The notes under the pieces: model-generated | Databases searched by the model: none | Seen by the model: only the letters and a program-made list of their open reading frames with translations | What the model was told of the DNA's origin: nothing | Part shown: positions 53,647-64,000 of the stretch, one piece after another | Position numbering within the stretch: the first letter of the stretch is position 1 | Layout of the letters: every line of letters starts with the position of its first letter | Made by a program: the position numbers and the translations under genes | Assembly (NCBI GenBank): GCA_028023455.1 | Contig: JAQFVV010000008.1 | Span: forward strand, 5,890,001 to 5,954,000 | Length of the DNA stretch: 64,000 bases | Source: Epiperipatus broadwayi | Taxonomy: Eukaryota; Animalia; Onychophora | Direction: 5' to 3'

Positions 53647-56619
53647 TACCCCTTTATATTATGTTTTCACCTACTCCAGTGGTTTGCCAGTAGTGTCTAG
53701 TGCCTTTAATACCCTATATGCTAATAAAAATGAAATACAAAATATATTAATTATAATTTTTATTGAACAAAAAACAGAAATTATATATATAACAATAAAC
53801 GTACAAGAAGGATACAAAAACAACAAAAATAATTAGGGAAAAAATAAAAGTAATTTGTGTTATTTGGAAAGAAATTCATTTGCAAATTGCATCTTATATA
53901 GTTTTACAAAACATAACAGATGTAAACAAGACATTTATTTTATATAGCACGATGTTTTATAAACTGTATTACCAATAAGCTAATGCACATGCGCTTTGTA
54001 GATGTCACTATATAAATGAATACTCCCACTTTTTCAAACACAAGATAAAGTCTTTGGGAAAATATAGAATGAATCCATCTATCTTTTCGACCCAAACGTA
54101 TATGTATGGGCAAATCTTAAATGTTTGAAAATGAGAGCGTGAAGTTGTTAATTGATTATAACAGATAAATTTCCAGTTTTATAAAACAAAAATATTACAT
54201 TTTTTGGTACAAAATTAAATTAACTAATATTTCACGTATAAATTTACTAACTTAAATAAAAATTAATATTAAAAGAAAATGTCGAATTATTATATATATT
54301 AAAACAGGCAAAATGTGATATTATATATATTAATTTTTTTAGTGAAATATCTAAAAGCATAAAGATTTATTGTTTTATGACAGCTTAACAAAATTAAAAA
54401 ATAAGAAATATATTACATTAAATATATGACAAAAGAATGAACAACTTACTTTAGACCTTAATTCAAATTAATTTCTTATTCTTGTTATTATATTACTACT
54501 AATACCTGCACTTTTTGCCCTATCTCTACTTACAAATATCTACAACTGATACCTTTTTGATTAGTGAAATGTTACAGTACATCCACTATAACAGCAGAAT
54601 GTAGAATAAAGTTAAAAACTACAACAGATGTTTAGAGCAAATGTGAGTTTGAACAAGATTCAAATGCCCATCATTTTGTAAACAGTAAACTCGTGTAAGT
54701 TCAAGTTTTTACTTATTTACTTCAAACTAATTGTTAGAATTAAGATCAGAATAAAATAAGATCTTAAAGAATAATAAAGAAATAATTATAAATAATTTGT
54801 TTAAGATAAATTTATAAAATATGAATATTTTTTGAAAAAATATAATTTATTTTGATATAATTAATAACATTTTTTTAAGTATTTCCTCCTCATCTGGAAC
54901 CTTTAGCATCTTTACTATCATGCTGCCTATGTCTATTGCACACTGTTTTGGGTACTCCTGCCTAGCAATACTCTAAGCTATATATTTATAGTCTTTTAGT
55001 TTTAATTAATTTATTTCACCTTTACAATGATATTATATTGATTCCTTGTTTTTCTTAACAATTTTAAATCTTTTTATATAAGAATAGTACATTAGCAGTA
55101 TTTACTTTGAAAATTAAAAATTATATACAATGAGTTCTCATTTTTTATATTTGTGGAAAGACCGAATTGATGACGAACGAATATCATATTTCCATAGGAA
55201 TAAAGTTAATAACATTTACTAATACTTTGGATAATGATACTACTATTTATTTTTATGAGTATGTATAAAGGTATGGATAATCAAACCAAGTTATGAATTA
55301 ACAAATACAGTTAACATTTATCCCCTCCTTTTTCATCCATTCATTAACTTTAAAAAGAAAAAAAATTAGAACATTTCTTTAAAAAACTAAGACAATTTTA
55401 TATATCCCTTCATATTCATTAGTCAACTTTCACATTTAAAACTATTTTTACAATGGAGCTATATCTGCTATATTTTTTTCAAGTTCCACTATTTTGTGTG
55501 CATAATAAGCGTATATAAATTAAAATCATATTATAAACATTTTTTAAAAAATAATGTAGTTATTAATAACAAATTAGAAGAGCACATTTATATTTAGTGT
55601 GTGTGTGTTCATTCATTCACATTGCCACAATAAAATAAAAATAATACAAAATTTACTGGGCCATATTTTATGGCATCCATTGATTATTCTGCCTGGCACT
55701 GAGTGGCACTACTGTATAGAGAGTTTTGCCTATGTTAATAACAGCAAAATATCAGACCTTTTCTCACAATTATGCATACTGTAATCAATATATTTTTTTC
55801 CTTTGATGACTTTTTCTCTCTATAAAAATATAATAATCTTGTTATCAGCAGATTGTGGCCTGTAGTTGTTTGATGTGTTTTAAGTCTGTATCAATTTTGA
55901 AATATGTATAGTCACACTATTTGTCATAATACATTCCATATTCTTGACTAAACTTATTTCAGTTTAACCTTTTTGATGCAGTTTTAATAACTTTTTTTTT
56001 TCTGCCACTACTAAATTGATAATTTTCATTTATCACTTTAGAAAAATATTTTACAAAAGTTTTTAAATTTTATAAAACTTCTAGTTTTATGCTTAGAAAA
56101 TATTTTATTACATGAAATATAGCAATATATTAAACATTATAAAGGATGAAAAAAGCAAAGGATAAAACGTATATGCTTTTAACATAATCTGAAGAAATAT
56201 TATTAATAAAGATGATTATCAACAGAGGTCCAAAATAAAAAAAAACTGCTACTATAACATAAAAATTATTAAATTTGAGAAAATTATTTATTTATATATA
56301 CATTTGTTTATTTACATTTTTTGGATCATTGAAGTAGTATATATTGATACAGTGCATATCACTGCTTCACTGTTTAACACAGCTATTGTTTGTAAATTCT
56401 TATAGAGATGTTACCATTATTTATTATTTTTTAATACTTTAAACTGGGTAAGAAGTTTTTTTTTGTCCCATAACCCAATATTTTAAAATGTTAATGTAAT
56501 CTCAGTTTAGTAGAAATTTCTTTAAATTTCATCCAATTTTCGATGGCTGAAGAATTGGAGTAGGTTGAAGCCTATCCATTAAAGTGTAAGAATTTGCTAT
56601 CTTAATATAAACTGAGCAC

Positions 56620-56790
56620 TGATTACATATATGTATGGGAGATGGTAATTTGGACCAACTGATGAGTGCTGGCTTAGAACAAAATAGATATATTGGTGAT
56701 TATTTATCTTTTCTGCATGTGTGTGTTCATGTGTATCAGTAGTATGAGATAGTGTGTATAATGAAAGGGCTTGAAAGTCTGAGTTTAAAT
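56620..56790 (+). mobile_element. Family B copy 2 with decayed hammerhead (56654-56697)
   Basis: accaa-CTGATGA-gtgc(tggctta)gaac-AAAA-tagata-TA-ttggt; collinear with the minus strand of 17370-17520. Confidence 0.72.
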
Positions 56791-57899
56791 CCCCTATATT
56801 TAATGAAAAAAAGAAATGAAACATTATTTTTTTAAAAAGAGAGGTTTTGAATAACTTTGTTTAGCAGATGAATGTTTTTTATTTAAACTTTTATTAACAT
56901 TTTTTTATAGGATAGTTTTTGCTTTTCAATATTCTATAGAACCTTTTGCTTTTAGGTGATTATTGAATAATTTTATCATAAGTCCTAATACTTCTCTTTC
57001 CCCATATAACAATTTATAATCATTCTAGCATTTTTGTGCATGAGTAATTATATTTACTTAAGTTCAAGAAATGTAAATTGCTTCATTTTGTAAACCCTCT
57101 ATACATGTTTCATAATGTAGAGAAAGGTTTTGTCACATTGTTCTACAATTGATCAACCATGATGTCTGAAAATGTACATAATGAAAATCTAAAAAATAAA
57201 AATCTGTTGTATAACAAATATATATTATTAATTTCATAAGCTGAACCACAGTATGTTTGACTGTACCTAATAACTAATGCATTGCAGTAAAATAAATGTA
57301 CAGAACTAACATAAACTATCAATATGGATGTAATATTTTTATTGTCTTAAAAATATATATACAGTCCAAATTGTCGGTGAAAGCATATAATAAATTGAAT
57401 GTATAAACCTTTGAAATTTCAGGTACATAATTAATTAATTAAAATGATAAACAAAAATCTATATTAGGTTTTGTAAATGTTTCTTCATCAACCTCGATCT
57501 TTAACATACATTATGATATATCAACTTTAAATAAATATGAAGATATTAAAAACCAAAGAATCCAAGAACTAACATGCATTCACTTTTATGAATTGTTACT
57601 GCTTTCTTATTTGCAAGATATGGATCATGAATTTAGTTTGAAGGAGATTGTATCACACCTTAATTTGATTCCTTACGTAATTAATAAAATAATTGGAATA
57701 TAGTGGCTAACAAAAGATACTGACATTATCTCCTTGATGTACATGCCAGGTGAATATTCAATTTAATTCCCAAAAAATGCTTTTATATAATTAAGTTATT
57801 AATTCAATTTTTTTTAAAAATTAAATACAAAATATCATCACAAAGGGAAACTTCAATAATGAAGAAACTACCAAGACACCATCATCTGTTGTTAAAGTT

Positions 57900-58360
57900 T
57901 TTTAATTTTAAATTAAATTTAGAACATTTTTTTCTCTCATAAATATTAAATAATTAAATTTTTTAAAGCTTCAAAATAGTACACAGTGGCTTCCAGGGAA
58001 CAAAAATGCAGGAAAAAAATGTTAGGTTTAGTTTAATGCTCATGTTATTTATTAGAAATTTTTTTTATCAATTTCACATTGTTAAATTTTTATTTTTTAA
58101 AATTAAATTTAAAACTTTTTTTTTTCTGATAAATATTAAATAATTAAATTGTTTAAAACTGAATAAAAGAAACTCATCTATTATAAGTCTATCATAATTC
58201 AAAACACTGTACAGGAAACTCTAGGGAACGAGAATACTGGGGGGGGGGGTATTGAGTTTGGGCAGATTGGTGAAAAAGTTATTTATTGGAAAAGTTTTAC
58301 AAATTTAAAATATTTTTTCTTTCCATAAATATTAAATAATCAAATTTTTTAAGGTTGAAT
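57900..58360. repeat. Degenerate ~190-bp tandem repeat, about 3 units
   Basis: taaattta.aa...tttttc...ataaatattaaataat.aaatt recurs at ~57915, ~58105 and ~58303. Confidence 0.65.
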
Positions 58361-61020
58361 TTTAAAAAAAACTCACTATTTGTAAGTCTGTAACCATTAA
58401 AAATACTTTACAGAGTTTCCTAGTAAAAACTATTGTAAATATTAATCATAATTTAATAATAAGAATGCATCAAATGTATTTTTTAATTTTTAATTTTATC
58501 TTATTAAATAAATAATGTTTAAAAGTCATATTTATTGGATTACACTGTGAAGATTGCATTAAAGTTTAAATTACATCTTTAAAATTGAGGTCCTAGAATA
58601 AATTGTCCTACCATGGTAGCAAGCAATGGCAATCTACCATTAAAAATAAAATATTATTTGGTCATATTATTTTATTGACTAAATATTCACCCTATTTTTG
58701 GCAAAATCTTAACTTTCTTATACTTTTTTTGTGCCTTTGATTATCTATAAATATTCACCTATAAAATAAAATGAATATATTAAATGTATATTTATGTGCT
58801 ACAATAATTATTATCATAATTAGGTAAAATAAAACAAAAAACAGCAATATCAAAATGATTATTGATGTTAATATTTTTGTTGTCTGCCTCTAATTTTATT
58901 ATCAGATTTTTGTGAACCAAATAACTTTGAGCATCATTTTACTTTTTATATTAACATGTTTTTTTTTTTTTTTACATTTTATAGTTAAATACTTTTCTTG
59001 GTGAAATTCAAGATCAGTATTATAAAATACTTAAATTTCACCAATAAAGGTATTCCTCCATAAAATGAAAAAACATACTAAAAAATACAAAAACATATAA
59101 AAAGATTACGATTTAGAGTGACTTGATACAGTATAAATAAACTATTATTATTTTAACAATGTTATAACAATTGTAACAAAAATACTTTTTGTTTCAATTT
59201 ATAAATTTTGCATAATTTTATAATCTGAAAAAAAAAAAGCAGAAAATAGATTTTAAAAAAATTATTAATAGGTGGCAGGATGATCAAAATTGATCTGAGT
59301 ATGAATAACAAATATATACATGCTTGTTTAGTAGAGAATTTCAGTAGTTAAAATGGCAATAATATTCAAGGAGTATTATATTGAAAAACCATATACTAAT
59401 GTATGGTTTTTGTATGGCAGAACAACTTTTTGCAAAAAAAATATGCATAAAGAAATAAATAGTTTCTGCTTATAATGAGAAATGTATTCATAATTAGATA
59501 TAAATGATGAAGAAATTGAAACAGAAATGTGTAAATGAATGGCCATGGGTTAAAGTATTATATGTTTCTGGTTTCAAGAACTTTAGTAATAAAGCAATTG
59601 AATAAAGTGTAAAAAGGTCAGCTAAGATTATGTTGAAAAATAAATATACTTTTAGATTTAAATCTTATTTAATTTTTTATAACTATTTGTAAAGCTTTTA
59701 TTGATTTTTCCTCATAATTTAATAAAATACAAATTTTATTTATATATAAATTACTTAAATTATTGTTTCAATTAAATTATGTTTGATAGCAAAACTTGTT
59801 CGAGATACAAACGATTTTCCAAGTAAGACCATTTTTCTTCAAATATTCTTTTACCAGTGTTCCACCCCCACAACCTTATCCAAACTAGCAAAATGATACC
59901 AATGACAGCACAACCCCACAATCTTCAATATCACTTCTTATCCTGAATCTTTATAGCAAATACATTTTGAAAAAGTACTTTAATTAAGTAAAAACTTACA
60001 TTTAAAATTGGCTTTAAAAATTCCCAGTAAGAAAATCACAACACAGCTTATTAACACAAAAACCTATTTATCTCAAACTATCAATTACATAATGACAGCA
60101 CATAACTTATTACTACAGTAATTATCTAAATATTATGCAAATTTTTTCAGATTAATATTTAATATTTTTTACAATTAAAAGTATTATGCATTTTTTTGTT
60201 ATTTTTATTAATATATTTACTTTATAAAGTTATATATTGTTTATTAATTGTTTCCCTTACTATTTTTTTTCTTTTTTTACAAATTTGTAAATTGAAATTT
60301 TATTCCCATTCTTATTTCTTTTAGATTACCAAATCTCATTATCATAAGTATTTGTGTTTTTTGTCTACACTGTTCTTTACTTTCTTTCTTTATTTTTAAT
60401 ATTGTGCAAAAATATAATATTTAAACAAAAATTTAATCTTTTTTTTTCTTTTTCTCAAACTTAAGATGCCACAGCTTTTAATCTTCTACCAGTATTCACT
60501 ACATATTTTATTCAAAATACATAATTACATTAAACCATCTGTGTTATCATCTTTATTACCCTAATATGGTTTTGCTCTTTGATACTTTATTATAATTGTT
60601 TTATCAGATAAGCAGTATAATATTATATTCTAAATGTTAAAACTTTTTGTTATTCATATTTTTACATTTTCTGGATTTCTAAATCCTCTTTTTTTTTATT
60701 ATTATTATATTATCAACTTATCATTTTTTATTCACTGATTAAATTATAAAACATTAAACCAAACCCATCTTTCCTATTACTTTTACAATGCTTATTTTAT
60801 TAAAATTCATCAATCTGACAGTTTTGATTGACCAGAAACCTTCTTCAGAGCTACAACATAGATATAAATACATGAATACACAAATAGTTAATAATATAAA
60901 CAAACCAATAACATGCTTCCTTGTAAATGACTCATTTTCTATATATATATTACTATATAAAAAGATATATACATATATATTAAGTGTAATAATGCTTAAG
61001 GCTAAATGGGTTTATAAGTA

Positions 61021-61550
61021 AGCATTAAAATCAGTCAACACTTAGACAATCCTAATATCAATAACAATCAACAATTTCAACCTGTTGTCAAGGCAACCTC
61101 CTTTTAACAATAAAGGTAGAATATTACCGTTATTTATGGTTCAATATATTTATATAAAACTAAAGATTGTAACTTTATCACAGAGATTCAAATTATTGAT
61201 ATAAAAAAATTTAAACAATCCTCTTTAACTAAGTAAATATAACCTATTCTGAATGCAGACTAATACATAGTGAATTATAAAATTACAAAAAGCAATTATT
61301 ATTTTCAAATTGCACCAAAGTATTACTTAAATAATAAGTGTAGTAAGAAGGTTTGTTTAAACTTCTTTGTATCAATAATTTCAATATCTGTGGTCAAGTT
61401 GCAATTTTTAGTGTCTATATAAATATATTGGACCATAAATAAAGTAGGATTACACCTTTATTATTAAAAGGAGATTGCCCTGACAACAGTTTGAGATTGT
61501 TAATTGTTATTGATATTGGAATTATCTAAGTGCTGACTGATTTTAATGAA
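61021..61550. mobile_element. Plus copy (61021-61330) and inverted partial copy (~61370-61550) of the 31100-31400 family
   Basis: gcattaaaatcagtcaacacttag...gttgtcaaggcaacc pairs with ttgccctgacaac...ctaagtgctgactgattttaatg. Confidence 0.72.
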
Positions 61551-62734
61551 TACATATATATGTATACATGCCACATATATACCATCAGCAATTATACTGT
61601 GCATACATATATTTTCCCTATTTATATACAATACATAAATACATTTCAAGATTTTTTTTATTTTCTGGCTAATTGTAATGTTCACATAACTGTTCTGGAC
61701 ATTTATACAGAAAAGTTAGTTTATATATTTTAAATTTAGCTTTTATTCATGCTTAGCATGCTTTCAATATATATATATATCAGACTCAACACATATACCA
61801 AATATATTTTTACTATATGTGTATCCACAGTATTTTGCATTCTTTATTAATGTTAAATTTTTTTTTTTTTTTTGCTTTTCTTTGTCGGCATGTCATTATT
61901 ATTTGTGTTTTCTCTTCATTTATAGGGAAGGTCTGCATCTTTTTTCTTTTATTTGCCTCTTTATCTACTATTTATTTTATTTTATTAATGTTTTATTACT
62001 AATACTTATATTGGAAAGTATTGGATTATGTTAAAAACAGTTAATCATAATCATATCAATAGAAAAAATGTCATTTAATTTTTTATTGGAACAATTCAAA
62101 TATTATTCTCTTGAAAAAAAAAGCAACTTTTTTAAATGCATTTGAAAATAGGTATTTAGTTTTTAGCTCTAATTTTTAATGTATTTGTCTAAAAAATGCA
62201 TTTATTTAATATATCTATAATTATATATTAAAAAAATCAAAATAAAAAATGAATTTTAAAAATTTATTTTAAAGTATTTTTATAAAAAATAAAAACATTT
62301 GGATAATAACTATTCCTCTTATCAATGACATAATGAATGTTTGTCTTGAATTTATATTAAAAACTTTTAAAACAATAATAAAATAATTAATATTTTTATT
62401 AATATATATAATAAATATTAATTATAATTAAAGTCAAAAGATGATTACCTGTATATTTTTCTGTTAAAATTATATTTAAACAAAAAACCTCAACAAATGA
62501 ATAAATCATACAAAAACAAATACACTAAAAATACAAAATTTAAAATCATACATACAAATTTGTTTTGGTTGCATCTCTTGATGAAAAATGTAACACAATA
62601 TTTAAAAAATGTCATAAAATGAATATATAAATTACAAATCAAATAAAATATTAACAGTTACAAATATTGTCACTAGAGAAAATAATTTTAATAATTTTTC
62701 ATTTTCATGGGTTCATGAGCAGTAAAGTTTAAAA

Positions 62735-62821
62735 GTCAAGCATTGGTGGATAGCTGTCTTACAAGCAGTTGTCCCGGGATTCGATTCCCGGCCGACTCTT
62801 TGACACATAAAAAAAAAAAAA
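62735..62821 (+). mobile_element. tRNA-Gly(TCC)-derived mini-SINE, copy 2 (D arm deleted)
   Basis: gcattggtgg..tagctgtcttacaagcagttgtcccgggattcgattcccggccga is close to remembered tRNA-Gly-TCC (TAGCTGCCTTCCAAGCAGTTGACCCGGGTTCGATTCCCGGCCAA); poly-A tail. Confidence 0.85.
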
Positions 62822-63369
62822 GTATTTTCATATAATATGTAAAAATTTTATAAATGGATAGAAAAAAATAATCATATGGCTATCAAGAATTGATATTAAT
62901 TTAACATATTTATTTAAGTTAGTTATTTCAAATCTATTGTTATCTTTAATAACAAATTTATATTTCGATATTCCAGATTTTCTATTCTATTTTCTTGGGA
63001 AAACATGTATGTATATCTTATCATTGCAATTAACTTTTCCAGAAAACTATACTTTTATTTAAATTTGGGGAGAAGTGCTATTCAATTATATTAAATATGC
63101 CCATTACAATTAATAGTTTAAACATAGTTGTGTATGTGTGCAAGTATAATTTTAAATTATGGTTTTAATGCAAATAAATAATTGGAATGATTATTTCTTG
63201 AGTCTTCATAAGAAGTTCCAACATCTTAAAAGAGAATTGGGTTATGATCCTCAAATCTTGAATCCCAAAATTTGCCATTTTGCCACTATACCAGATCATA
63301 CGATATATCAATAAATTATATTTGTTAATAATTTATTTAAAGAGTTTAATTTACTAATTAATGTTAAAA

Positions 63370-63910
63370 AAACGGAAGTTCTTTATCTACCATTGATGGA
63401 AGAAAATCCCTTAGCAAATTTACTTGTATGATTATTCAACTTGAAAATGTAAATCAATTCAAATACCTTAGTTGTTTTATAAGTAGAAAGATGAACTCAG
63501 ATGTTGAGATATAGCACAGACTTCAATATGCAGCTGTTGCTTTTAACAAAGTTAAAAGGATATTTGACCACAGAAAAATAATTATTGCAACTAAGCTGTA
63601 TATAAATGTATTATTTTATCTAATTTATTGCATGGAAGTGAGACTTGGACACCTTATCAATGCAATATAAAAGCATAAGAAAAATTTACTTTAAGGATGC
63701 TCCATAAAATTTTAAAAGTATAATGACAAAATCACAAAACCAACCAGCATGTTTTTGCTGGATATATGATGCTATTGGACTCACTCTTGTATAACATCTC
63801 TGGTGAATTGGACATATAAAACAAACAAACAATGAAAGACATCCTAAAAGAATGTTTTATGGTAAACTTGAGAATGATTTTTATGGGGAAGGGGTTGACC
63901 ACCAATAATC
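63370..63910 (+). mobile_element. RTE (BovB-like) LINE 3' fragment, decayed
   Basis: LENVNQFKYLS, LLHGSETWTPY and PK..FYG.L remnants. Confidence 0.78.
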
Positions 63911-64000
63911 AAACAGGAGGTTGAAGAATTTCAGAAAAAAAAAAATGTTTTGTTTTGGTTTTTTTTTTTGCTGAAGAAATTAAAAGACAGCATTTCAAAA

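Noticed and set aside
56545-56600. CTGAAGA followed by a tgga..tagg/cctatcca hairpin; similar weak cases near 3195, 24874, 34003 and 60815-60850
   Set aside because: The GAAA, helix III or stem I is missing, so they are too degenerate to call.
45873-64000. Next TRPC exon (expected NLFET...LFW) and, upstream in 1-18181, the previous exon (KPF.KF..HSASY)
   Set aside because: Neither was found by eye; they are presumably outside the window. No duplicated or mutually exclusive exons were seen.

Overview
Very AT-rich, CpG-depleted animal DNA, probably invertebrate (species cannot be determined from the sequence). The only host gene is three internal + strand exons of a TRPC-family cation channel (Trp-gamma-like; 18182-18322, 45301-45440, 45514-45872), joined by a ~27 kb and a 73 bp intron with matching phases. 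The rest of the window is probably intronic and is filled with transposon remnants: several Penelope-like elements (PLEs; RT and GIY-YIG remnants, often as inverted pairs), CR1-like and RTE-like LINE fragments, a 3.6 kb hAT with 8-bp TSDs inside a LINE, a Buster-type hAT derivative, a Merlin-type MITE carrying a CTCF motif, and a tRNA-Gly-derived mini-SINE. The most notable signal is about ten PLE-associated minimal hammerhead ribozyme motifs. These include a four-copy variant with the core C3-G8 pair swapped to A3-U8 and covarying helices, one U3-A8 variant, and a cassette joining a tRNA-Phe-like Pol III head to a hammerhead. All calls come from reading the sequence by eye and comparing with remembered family motifs. 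No searches or folding were run, and boundaries of decayed repeats are approximate.
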